This document shows, piece by piece, positions 29,744-43,391 of a stretch of 64,000 nt of DNA. A model generated the notes under the pieces. That model was not told the origin of the DNA. It did not search any database and worked only from the letters and a program-made list of their open reading frames with translations. Position 1 is the stretch's first letter; every line of letters starts with the position of its first letter. Source of the stretch: Candidatus Latescibacterota bacterium (GTDB taxonomy: Bacteria > Latescibacterota > UBA2968 > UBA8231); the NCBI GenBank assembly GCA_965221775.1, contig CBDCSU010000006.1, forward strand, positions 2,112,001-2,176,000, read 5' to 3'. A program made the position numbers and the translations under genes.

Positions 29744-30607
29744 CTATTCTCCTTTGACGAATACCAGTACGCCCCAGTAGTCCGGTTCGTGGAAGGAACC
29801 CGAGGTGGGAGAGACCCCCCACCCGCTGGCTACATCCCCGTCCTTGTATCCGATGATGCCTCCTTCTGCATCGACCAGAGTCTTCCTCACTCCCCGGCCT
29901 TGATCGAAGCGGTTGAAGTTGGCCTTCCACCTGTCGCCGGGCTCAGGCGGGATCGCCTGTTCGCCCAGCACGTCCCTCGCGTTCACCTCGTGGGTGACGT
30001 CATCCCTCTCCCAACTCAACTCCAGGGCCTTCCTGCCCAGGCCGCTCCAGGGAAGGAACAGCTCCACCGTCCACCACTCGTCCCGGTCCGACCGATCCGT
30101 GAGGGTGCCCTCCGCGTAGATGGCGTTCGTGAGATCGGGATCCCAGTCGGTAGTGAAGTTCGTGCCGCCGGCTTCGGGGATGAGGAGGTCCCTCCTCGCG
30201 CTGCGGGGATTGATCGCCACCTGGAGGTAGTTCGTGCCGTCCATGTCCGGGTCGAGGAACAGCTCCACGGTGTCGTCGGTGTACACCGGCCCGTCCCGCT
30301 CGGTGACCTCGGCCTGGATGTGGGCGTCCAGGCAGTGGTACAGGACCATCAACCCCTTGTCGTTCCACAGGGCCTTCACCCGCGTGCTCACCGAGTCGGT
30401 CGCCATCAGGCCGGTGTAGTGCCGGTCGGTGAGGTCGATGGCCGGCGCCAAGGCCCAGCTCTTCTCGTGGGCATGTCCGTCCAGGGTCATCTCCTCCCCG
30501 GTGAATCGGACCTCGTAGGAGAGTCCGGCCGGGTCGGCCGCGGCGGCGGGCAGGACGGCGAGCAACACCAGCACTGCCATGGAGCAACGAGCGAGAGGAC
30601 TCGTCAT
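29744..30607 (-). CDS. Secreted CBM9-like / DOMON-like carbohydrate-binding protein
   Basis: Signal peptide; LDG...E.SW, VKALWN, DDTVELFLDP, WTVELFLPW, GDRWKANFNR, FHEPDYWG; GGAGG RBS. Confidence 0.8.
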   Translation of the reverse strand: MTSPLARCSMAVLVLLAVLPAAAADPAGLSYEVRFTGEEMTLDGHAHEKSWALAPAIDLTDRHYTGLMATDSVSTRVKALWNDKGLMVLYHCLDAHIQAEVTERDGPVYTDDTVELFLDPDMDGTNYLQVAINPRSARRDLLIPEAGGTNFTTDWDPDLTNAIYAEGTLTDRSDRDEWWTVELFLPWSGLGRKALELSWERDDVTHEVNARDVLGEQAIPPEPGDRWKANFNRFDQGRGVRKTLVDAEGGIIGYKDGDVASGWGVSPTSGSFHEPDYWGVLVFVKGE

Positions 30608-30656
30608 GTCGGGGACCTCCGATCTGGACACGGGCACACCTCCGGGTTGATACCAG

Positions 30657-33083
30657 CTACTCCCCCAGTCGTATGTGGTCTATAGGGTTGCTGACCGCCA
30701 CCCTCGCCGAATGGAATGCTACCGGAACGAAGGCGACGGCCACTCCCAGCAGGATCGCAGCCGCGAGAAACTGGGACCAGATATCCACGCGGTAAGCGAA
30801 ACTCTGGAGCCATGTCGACATGCTGTAGTACACGAGAGGCAGTGCAATCAGGTTTCCGACCAGAGCCAATTCCCCGAACTCTCGTACCAACATGAACACA
30901 ACGCGTCCCGTGGAGGCACCGACCACCTTGCGGATGCCGATCTCTCCCTTGCGGCTCTCGGCCCGGTACGATGCCAGACCGAACAAACCCAGGCACGCAG
31001 TGAGCATGGCAAACCCCGCCAGAAGCCCAAAGATGCGGACGTCTTGAGCATCCTGGCGATACAGGTCATCCAGCTCGTCCTCGAGAAATGCGTACGAGAA
31101 GTCGCCCCCAATGGCTGCCACCTTCTCCCACTTCTCTTTGACCAGAGCTATCGTCTCCGGCAACGACTCTTCATCATGCAGCTTGATGAATGTCTTGTTC
31201 ACCGTACTGGCGGGAATCGACTCCGAGTGCCTTACCAGCACCATAGGCCGCACTTCTGCGTGAAGTGTGTGCCAATGGAAGTCCTTGACAACACCGATGA
31301 CTTGTGCCTTGCGATTCTCCTTCCAGAAGGGGAACTCAACCGCCTTGCCGATAGGATCCGCCCATCCCCACTCCCGGGCGGCCCTCTCGTTTATCAGGAC
31401 AGATGACTCGGCAAACTTGCGGCTCTCGGAGGATCCGGACCCGGGGAGGGCCCTCAGATCCATCAACTCCACAAAGTCTCCGTCCACAAACAGCAGATCA
31501 CAGTCAATTGGCTCGGGAGCACTTCCGCCTCCGACACATCTCTTAACTCCCGCCGGAGCCTGCCGCGCCGGGCTGCTGGAGACACCCGTTACGCCGGCAA
31601 TCCGCGGGCTCTCCAGGAGTTCACTCTTGAACAGCCCCAGGTTCCATGGGTTGATCCCTCCCTCGACGACCAGAATCTTGTCCGCTTCGAATCCGAGGTC
31701 CCTCTTCCCGAGGTAGGCCACTTGATCGTACGCCACACCGGCCGTTCCGATGAATGCGGTGGCCAAACCGAATTGCAGCACTGTCATGATCTTGCGCATC
31801 CGACTTTGACTGGCACCGCCAAAGTGGCGGCCCCTCATACTCTCCACTACTCTCAAGCGCGCGAGCATGAGAGATGGGTAGGAACTCGAGACGGCCCCAA
31901 CCAGCAATGCAACTCCAAACATGACCATCCATGTTTCCCAATTGGCGTAGACCCCGGGCCTGAATTTCTCACCAACTACCGCGTTGACGAACGGTACGAG
32001 TGACTCCGCCAAGGGAAAGGCCAAGACCAGCGCTGCCGTTGAGTGGAGGGTTGCCTCGCAATAGAACTGCAGGATCAACGAGCGACGTTCAGCCCCGATG
32101 GCCTTGCGCAGGCCGACTTCCCTCGCACGTCCAATCCCCTGAACGGTGGATATGTTGATGAAGTTGAGGCATCCTATCAGCAAAATGACAGACGCGATGC
32201 CTCCATACCTGTACAGATCACCCAAGGTGCGGGTTGTCTCCCAATCGCCCTCGAGGTGAGAGGGCAGGTGGACCTTGGCCAGCGGCTGAAGGTCCACATT
32301 GCACGTAATGGCCTCTCTGCCTCCGCCGCGGCCAAATTCCTGACACTCGTGGTTGGTCAGTTGCAGCTTGTCTCTTGCTCCGGCAGCGTCAACTCCACTT
32401 GGAAGCACCACGTACAAATGCGCTCGTAGAAGATCGAAGTGACTTGCGCGAAGACCTTCCTGCTCCCGAGAAAAGAGAAAATCAAAGTCGAGATGGGAAT
32501 TGGGCGGGAAGTCTTCGACAACTCCTGAAACAACGGCCCCTATGCCGTACTCGTACGGAAGGTGTATCTCCTGGCCAAGGGGATCGACCTCACCAAAGTA
32601 CCTGGCCGCAGTACTCTCGGTGATTACAACCCGCCCCTTGCCCTCCAAGGCCGTCTCCGGATTCCCCTTTAGCAGAGAGAAGCTGAAGACATCGAAGAAG
32701 TCACCGTCGATGGCTATGAATCTGGATGGCTCTTCGAGGAAACGGTCGCGTCCACTGGTTACCACCACCTCCTCGGAGAGGGCGAACCTGAAGAGCCCTA
32801 CGCTGGACTCAAATTCCGGATACCTGCTACGGAGAGCCCCCATCATGGCAAGCCTGATGGCGCCAAGATTCCGCTCGGACTCACCGTTGCGCACTTTCAG
32901 AGTCACCCTGAAAGTGCGGTCGGCCTTCTCGTGGAAGCGATCATAGCTCAACTCATGGCGGATCAGGTCCACGACCATGGTGCAGGTAGCCATGCCCACG
33001 GCGAGTCCGAGTATGGCAATGAGTGAATAGAGCTTGCGGCGGGACATGTTCCGCCACGCCACTGTCAAGTAGCTGAGTAGCAT
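30657..33083 (-). CDS. MacB/FtsX-type ABC permease (member 7)
   Basis: Family motifs (GCLNFINI, EVGLRKAIGA, EIGIRKVVGAS); visibly lower GC than its neighbours. Confidence 0.93.
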   Translation of the reverse strand: MLLSYLTVAWRNMSRRKLYSLIAILGLAVGMATCTMVVDLIRHELSYDRFHEKADRTFRVTLKVRNGESERNLGAIRLAMMGALRSRYPEFESSVGLFRFALSEEVVVTSGRDRFLEEPSRFIAIDGDFFDVFSFSLLKGNPETALEGKGRVVITESTAARYFGEVDPLGQEIHLPYEYGIGAVVSGVVEDFPPNSHLDFDFLFSREQEGLRASHFDLLRAHLYVVLPSGVDAAGARDKLQLTNHECQEFGRGGGREAITCNVDLQPLAKVHLPSHLEGDWETTRTLGDLYRYGGIASVILLIGCLNFINISTVQGIGRAREVGLRKAIGAERRSLILQFYCEATLHSTAALVLAFPLAESLVPFVNAVVGEKFRPGVYANWETWMVMFGVALLVGAVSSSYPSLMLARLRVVESMRGRHFGGASQSRMRKIMTVLQFGLATAFIGTAGVAYDQVAYLGKRDLGFEADKILVVEGGINPWNLGLFKSELLESPRIAGVTGVSSSPARQAPAGVKRCVGGGSAPEPIDCDLLFVDGDFVELMDLRALPGSGSSESRKFAESSVLINERAAREWGWADPIGKAVEFPFWKENRKAQVIGVVKDFHWHTLHAEVRPMVLVRHSESIPASTVNKTFIKLHDEESLPETIALVKEKWEKVAAIGGDFSYAFLEDELDDLYRQDAQDVRIFGLLAGFAMLTACLGLFGLASYRAESRKGEIGIRKVVGASTGRVVFMLVREFGELALVGNLIALPLVYYSMSTWLQSFAYRVDIWSQFLAAAILLGVAVAFVPVAFHSARVAVSNPIDHIRLGE

Positions 33084-33100
33084 CGCTCAAAACCTCCAGG

Positions 33101-33766
33101 TCACTGGGGCGAGACCTTGCCGTCCAGCAGATGCACCACCCGGCTGCCGTAGCCGGCGTTCTTCTCCGAGTGCGTCACCTGCACGATCGTCGTGCCCTCA
33201 CCGTTCAGCTCCCGCAGCATGGCCATCACCTCCTCCCCCTGCCGGGAGTTGAGGTTGCCCGTGGGCTCGTCGGCCAGGATCAGGCTCGGCTGGCCGATGA
33301 GGGCGCGGGCGACGCCGACGCGCTGCTGCTCGCCGCCGGAGAGCTGGTGCGGGAAGAGGTCTTTCTTGGCCACCATCTGGAAGCGGTCGAGCAACTCGCT
33401 CACCCGCGCCTTGCGCTCGGAGCCCTTCACCTTCTGGTAGAGGAGGGGCATCTCCAGGTTCTCGAAGACCGTCTGCTCGTCGATGAGGTGGTAGGCCTGG
33501 AAGACGAAGCCGATGTGCCGCCGGTGCACCTCGGTGCGCTCCTTCTCCCCCATGCCGCTCACCTCCTCGCCGAGGAAGCGGTAGGTGCCGGCCGTCGGCT
33601 CGTCGAGCATGCCCATGATGTGGAGCAGGGTCGACTTGCCGGCGCCGCTAGGCCCCATGATGGAGACGAACTCGCCCTTCTCCACCTTCAGGTGCACGTG
33701 GCGCAGGACGTAGGTCTTGAGGGAACCGCTCTGGTGGTACTTCTCGATGTCGTTCATCTCGATCAT
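33101..33766 (-). CDS. ABC transporter ATP-binding protein (LolD/MacB-type)
   Basis: [31 protein letters not shown] motifs. Confidence 0.95.
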   Translation of the reverse strand: MIEMNDIEKYHQSGSLKTYVLRHVHLKVEKGEFVSIMGPSGAGKSTLLHIMGMLDEPTAGTYRFLGEEVSGMGEKERTEVHRRHIGFVFQAYHLIDEQTVFENLEMPLLYQKVKGSERKARVSELLDRFQMVAKKDLFPHQLSGGEQQRVGVARALIGQPSLILADEPTGNLNSRQGEEVMAMLRELNGEGTTIVQVTHSEKNAGYGSRVVHLLDGKVSPQ

Positions 33767-33785
33767 GGTGGTCTCCTCTTGGCGG

Positions 33786-36137
33786 TTACTTCGTGTGCAG
33801 GGTCCTTGCGGGGTTGGTCAGGGCAGCTCGCATGGCCTGGCCGCCAACCGTCAGCCCGGCGATGACGAAACAGAAGGCGCCCGAGACCATGAACAGGGGT
33901 ACGCCGACTTCCACGCGATAGACAAAGTCCTGCAGCCAGTGGTCGGCCAAGCCGTAAGCGACCGGCACGCTGAGGAGGAAGGCGATGGCAACGGGCTTGG
34001 CGAAGTCGCCCAGCAGCATGGCGGTGATGCGGCCGGGGGAGGCACCGAACACCTTGCGGATGCCGACTTCCCTGGTGCGTGCTTGAGCGGCGTGAGCGGC
34101 CAGACCGAAGAGCCCTACCAGGGCGACGGCGATGGTCAAAGAGAGGAGGAGGGTGAGAGCGCGTCCCACCTTCAGTTCATCGGAGTAGAAGTGCGCCGTC
34201 ACTTCTTCGAGGGATTGACGCCGGATGGGGGGATCCGGTACGGCGGCCGCCCACTTGTCGTCGATCACTTGGAGGGCTTCTTGGAGATGCCCGGGGCGCA
34301 CTCGCACGATAAGGTTACCCACCTCACGGTCAATCTGTCTCATGACCAGTGGTTCTATCTTGTAGCGGGGACCGAGGAAGTGGAAGTCCTCGATCACCCC
34401 AACGACGCGCCGACCAGGGACATGGGGTATCGTCCCTCCCAGGGGCTGTTCCAATTCCCACCTGCGAACGGCGGTCTCATTTATCACGACCGCTTTGGCG
34501 TCGGCCGGCTCGTCGGTCAGGGGACGTCCCTGGACCATGCGCAATCCCGTGATCTCAACGAAGTCGCCATCTACTGCATTGTACCAGTAGCGGATCCTCA
34601 TTCCCCCTTCTACTGGTATAGACCTTAGTGCCCCACCAAACACTGATTCAGAGAGACTGACCGCGGCGATACGGCTGTCTTGAAGCAACTCAGCTTTGAA
34701 AGCGCGGGCCCGGTCTGCGGTCAGGCCGCCCTCATGGGGATTGCTGATGATGACAGCCTGTTCCGGTTCCAGTCCCAGGACGGAGTTCTCGCGGAACATG
34801 CTCTGGATGAAGCTGACCTGGTGCCATATCAGCAGCGTCATCGTCATCAACGTCGCAGTCACGGTGAATTGCGCCAGTATCAGACCCTGGCGCAGGCGGG
34901 CGCCGCCGATGCGGCCCCCGCGCTCCAGGACCGCCGGCTGAGAGCATGCCACGACCCAGGCCGGGTAGGCGCCCGCCGCCAGTCCGACCGCTGTCGCCAG
35001 CGCCGCAGCCCCGGCGCAGGTCGAGAGAGTCCAGCTGGATGACCATTCAAGGTCGATGCTTCCGATCGCCGGCAGGAACGGAGTCACAGTTTCTGCAATG
35101 GCAACCCCAAAGAGCGTGGCCCCGACGCTGAGCAGTACCGACTCGCACAGGAGTTGGCGAACAAGCTGGCCGCGATGGGCGCCGAGGGCCTTGCGGATGC
35201 CTGTTTCTTGCAGCCGTCCCTGGGCACGCGCAGTCGCCAGGTTCACGTAGTTGAACCCGGCGATCGTCAGGAGCACCATGGCCAGGGTGGCGAACAAAGC
35301 GAGGTGCATGGGGTTGCCACTCGGGCCGGCGTAGGTGGGAGACTCCGTGTCGAAGTGGATCGATTTGAGGGGCTGCAGGGCGTAGGAATCGGTAGCTTGG
35401 TGACGTCCCCCGGATTCCCGGACGATGCCGGGAATGCGCTCAGCTACCGTAGCGGCATCTGCATTGAAGTGGAGCTGTACGAAGGTTTCGTAGGCCGAAA
35501 ATACCCAGGGCCTGGCGTTAGCTTCCCGGAGAGGGCTTTCCTTGTTCAGGGTTGTCAAGGAGAGCAGTGCCGAGAACTGGAGCAATGAGGTAGGAGGTGG
35601 CTTTCCTACGATGCCGGTAACGATACAGTCGAAGTCTTCGTTGTAGCGGATGACCTGGCCCATGGGATCGTCCTCTCCGAATAGCCGCCGGGCCAGTGGT
35701 TCGGTCAGCACCATGCCGTAGGGGCGCGACAAAGCGGTCTTGGAGTCGCCGCGCAGGAGCGTCAGACTGAACACTTCGAACACGCTGGATTCTGTCCAGA
35801 GAGTCCTCTCCTGTATTCCGCTCTGTTCGCCAACCCTGAACAGACGCGGCCTAGCCGGGTAAAAGCGGACTGTCTCCTCGACTTCGGGCACTTGCTCCTT
35901 GAGGGCCGACCCAAGAGGCAACGGAAAAATCCACCCCGTCTGGTCAGATTCGTTCAGTATGCGGTATAGTTGGTCCTTCTTCTCGTGGAAATCGCCCACC
36001 GAGAGCTGGTAGGCCGCCAGCTGGATGACCAGCAGGCAGAGGGCCAGGCCGACGGCCAGGCCGAAGAGGTTGATCGCCGCGTAGCCGCGCTCCCGCCAGA
36101 GGTGGCGGATGGCCGTTGTCAGGTAGCTTCTCAGCAT
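33786..36137 (-). CDS. MacB/FtsX-type ABC permease (member 6)
   Basis: Family motifs; ends NPARTLHTK. Confidence 0.93.
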   Translation of the reverse strand: MLRSYLTTAIRHLWRERGYAAINLFGLAVGLALCLLVIQLAAYQLSVGDFHEKKDQLYRILNESDQTGWIFPLPLGSALKEQVPEVEETVRFYPARPRLFRVGEQSGIQERTLWTESSVFEVFSLTLLRGDSKTALSRPYGMVLTEPLARRLFGEDDPMGQVIRYNEDFDCIVTGIVGKPPPTSLLQFSALLSLTTLNKESPLREANARPWVFSAYETFVQLHFNADAATVAERIPGIVRESGGRHQATDSYALQPLKSIHFDTESPTYAGPSGNPMHLALFATLAMVLLTIAGFNYVNLATARAQGRLQETGIRKALGAHRGQLVRQLLCESVLLSVGATLFGVAIAETVTPFLPAIGSIDLEWSSSWTLSTCAGAAALATAVGLAAGAYPAWVVACSQPAVLERGGRIGGARLRQGLILAQFTVTATLMTMTLLIWHQVSFIQSMFRENSVLGLEPEQAVIISNPHEGGLTADRARAFKAELLQDSRIAAVSLSESVFGGALRSIPVEGGMRIRYWYNAVDGDFVEITGLRMVQGRPLTDEPADAKAVVINETAVRRWELEQPLGGTIPHVPGRRVVGVIEDFHFLGPRYKIEPLVMRQIDREVGNLIVRVRPGHLQEALQVIDDKWAAAVPDPPIRRQSLEEVTAHFYSDELKVGRALTLLLSLTIAVALVGLFGLAAHAAQARTREVGIRKVFGASPGRITAMLLGDFAKPVAIAFLLSVPVAYGLADHWLQDFVYRVEVGVPLFMVSGAFCFVIAGLTVGGQAMRAALTNPARTLHTK

Positions 36138-36168
36138 GCTGGTCCTTTCGGGGCGGGATCCGCCCGCC
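36138..36168 (-). repeat. Conserved intergenic hairpin+RBS spacer, copy 1
   Basis: GGCGGGCGGATCCCGCCCCGAAAGGACCAGC between stop and ATG. Confidence 0.9.
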
Positions 36169-38592
<2,424 letters not shown>

Positions 38593-38621
38593 GCTCGTCC
38601 TTTCGGGCGGGATCCGCCCGT
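38593..38621 (-). repeat. Conserved intergenic spacer, copy 2
   Basis: ACGGGCGGATCCCGCCCGAAAGGACGAGC. Confidence 0.9.
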
Positions 38622-40964
<2,343 letters not shown>

Positions 40965-40994
40965 GCTCGTCCTTTCGGGGCCGGGTCCGCCCGT
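40965..40994 (-). repeat. Conserved intergenic spacer, copy 3
   Basis: ACGGGCGGACCCGGCCCCGAAAGGACGAGC. Confidence 0.9.
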
Positions 40995-43361
40995 CTACCG
41001 CGTGTGCAGAGTCCTCACCGGGTTGGTCAGGGCAGCTCGCACAGCTTGGCCGCCCACCGTCAGCCCGGCGATGACGAAAGAGAGAGCGGCCGACACCATG
41101 AACAGGGCCACGCCGATCTCCACGCGATAGGCAAAGTCCTGCAGCCAGTGGTCGGCCAAGCCGTAAGCAATGGGCACGCTGAGGAGGAAGGCGATGGCAA
41201 CGGGTTTGGCGAAGTCGCCCAGCAGCATGGCTGTGACGCGCCCGGGGGAGGCACCGAAGACCTTGCGGATGCCGATCTCCCTGGTTCGTGCTTGAGCGGC
41301 GTGCGCGGCCAGACCGAAGAGTCCTACCGAGGCTACGGCGATGGTCAGAGAAAGGAGGAGGGCGAGCGCGCGTCCCACCTTCAGTTCATCGGAGTAGAAC
41401 TTCGCCGCCATTTCTTCGAGGGAGTATCGCCGGATGGGGCGGTACGGTGCGGCGGCTGCCCACTTGTCGTCGATCACTTCGAGGGCTTCTCCGAGATGCC
41501 CCGGGCGTACCCGCACGATAATGACACCCACCCAATCGGCAATCTGTCCCATGACCAGTGGTTCTATCCTCTTGCGCGGACCGTGGAAGTGGAAGTCCTC
41601 GATCACCCCCACAACTCGCGCTTGGCCGCGGTAACCGGGAATCGTCTCTCCCAGGGGTTCTTCCAACTCCAGCTTGCGCACGGCGGTCTCATTGATGACG
41701 ACGGCCCTGGCGTCCGCCGGCTCGTCGGTCAGTGGGCGTCCCTTGACCATGCGCAATCCCATGACTTCAACGAAGTCGCCATCTGCTTCATACACGTTGG
41801 CGATCAATGCCCCATCGGGATCCCAATAGCTCCGTCCCGAGCCCTGACCAGGTACTGTCATGGAGAGACTCACCCCGGCGACACGGCTGTCCTGAAGCAA
41901 CTCAGCTTTGAGAGCTCGGGCCTGGTCGGCGGTCAGCCCGCCATCACGGGGGTTGTAGACGACGACAACCTGTTCCGGCTCCAACCCGAGGACGGAGTTC
42001 TCTCGGAGCAGGTCCTGGATGAAACTGACTTGGTGCCAGATCAGCAGGGTCATCGTCATCAACGTCGCCGTAACGGTGAACTGCGCCACTACCAGACCCC
42101 GGCGCAGGCGCGCTCCTCCGATGCGCCCCCCGCGCTCCAGGACCGCCGGCTGAAAGCGTGCCACGACCCACGCCGGGTAGGCACCCGCTGCCAGCCCGAC
42201 CGCTATCGCCAGCAACGCTGCCCCGGCGCAAGTCGAGAGAGTCCAGCGGGGTGACCACTCAAAGTCGACTTCCCCAATCGCAGGCAGGAACGGAATCACG
42301 GTTTGTGCGATGGCAACGCCAAGGAACGTGGCCCCGATGCTCAGCAATACCGACTCTCCCAGGAGTTGGCGAATGAGCTGGGCGCGATGGGCGCCGAGGG
42401 CCTTGCGGATGCCTATCTCCTGCAGCCGTCCTTCCGCGCGCGCTGTCGCCAGGTTCACGTAGTTGAACCCGGCGATCGTCAGGAGCACCATGGCCAGGGT
42501 GGCGAACAGAGCGAGGTGCATTGGGTTGCCACTCGGGCCGAGGCTGTTGCCAGACTCCGTGTCGAAGTAGATCGATTCCAGAGGTTGCAGGGCGTAGGAT
42601 TCGTCAGCTTCGGGCAACCCCTTGGCTTCCTGAACGACATCCGAAATGCGCTCGGCTACCGTAGCGGGATCTGCACCGGGATTCAGCTGCACGAAGGTCA
42701 AGTAGGCCGAATAGTTCCAGCCCAACTGCCGTGCCCCCCTCTCTTTGTCAACAGTGGCCAGGGAGAGCAGTGCCGGGAACTGGAGCAATGAGTTGGAGGG
42801 CGGCTGGCCGAGGATGCCGGTGACCTCGCAATCGAAGGCTTCGTTGTAGCGGATGACCTGGCCCATGGGATCGTCCTCTCCAAACAGCCGCTGGGCCAAG
42901 GGTTCGGTCAGCACCATTGTGTAGGGGCGCGACAAAGCGGTCTTCGGGTCGCCGCGCAGGAGGGGCAAGCTGAACACATCGAAGACGCTGGATTCCGCCG
43001 AAAGAGGCTTCACACGAATCCCACTCTTGTCTCCGACTCTGAGCAGGCGCGGCAAGCTCGACTGGAATTGGACTGTTTCCTCGACTTCCGGCACTTGCTC
43101 CTTCAGGGCCGGCGCAAGAGGCAGCGGCATACTTGAAGAGATCCGGGCATCCCGATGCGCATCAGGCTCTTTCTGTACCAGTATGCGGTACAGTCGGTCT
43201 TTCTTCTCGTGGAAGTCGCCCACGGAGACTTGGTAGGCGGCCAACTGGATGACCAGCAGGCAGAGGGCCAGGCCGAGGGCCAGCCCGAAGAAATTGATCG
43301 CGGCGTAGCCGCGCTCTCGCCACAGGTGGCGGAAGGCGGTGGTCAGATAGTTTGTCAGCAT
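40995..43361 (-). CDS. MacB/FtsX-type ABC permease (member 3)
   Basis: Family motifs; ends NPVRTLHTR. Confidence 0.93.
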   Translation of the reverse strand: MLTNYLTTAFRHLWRERGYAAINFFGLALGLALCLLVIQLAAYQVSVGDFHEKKDRLYRILVQKEPDAHRDARISSSMPLPLAPALKEQVPEVEETVQFQSSLPRLLRVGDKSGIRVKPLSAESSVFDVFSLPLLRGDPKTALSRPYTMVLTEPLAQRLFGEDDPMGQVIRYNEAFDCEVTGILGQPPSNSLLQFPALLSLATVDKERGARQLGWNYSAYLTFVQLNPGADPATVAERISDVVQEAKGLPEADESYALQPLESIYFDTESGNSLGPSGNPMHLALFATLAMVLLTIAGFNYVNLATARAEGRLQEIGIRKALGAHRAQLIRQLLGESVLLSIGATFLGVAIAQTVIPFLPAIGEVDFEWSPRWTLSTCAGAALLAIAVGLAAGAYPAWVVARFQPAVLERGGRIGGARLRRGLVVAQFTVTATLMTMTLLIWHQVSFIQDLLRENSVLGLEPEQVVVVYNPRDGGLTADQARALKAELLQDSRVAGVSLSMTVPGQGSGRSYWDPDGALIANVYEADGDFVEVMGLRMVKGRPLTDEPADARAVVINETAVRKLELEEPLGETIPGYRGQARVVGVIEDFHFHGPRKRIEPLVMGQIADWVGVIIVRVRPGHLGEALEVIDDKWAAAAPYRPIRRYSLEEMAAKFYSDELKVGRALALLLSLTIAVASVGLFGLAAHAAQARTREIGIRKVFGASPGRVTAMLLGDFAKPVAIAFLLSVPIAYGLADHWLQDFAYRVEIGVALFMVSAALSFVIAGLTVGGQAVRAALTNPVRTLHTR

Positions 43362-43391
43362 GCTCGTCCTTTCGGGGCGGGATCCGCCCGT
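43362..43391 (-). repeat. Conserved intergenic spacer, copy 4
   Basis: ACGGGCGGATCCCGCCCCGAAAGGACGAGC. Confidence 0.9.

Noticed and set aside
26733-29780. Very long plus-strand ORFs opposite the permeases (also 24327-26669, 43155-45893, 45731-48454, 56552-59179)
   Set aside because: Antisense shadow ORFs typical of high-GC coding DNA, with no motifs of their own.
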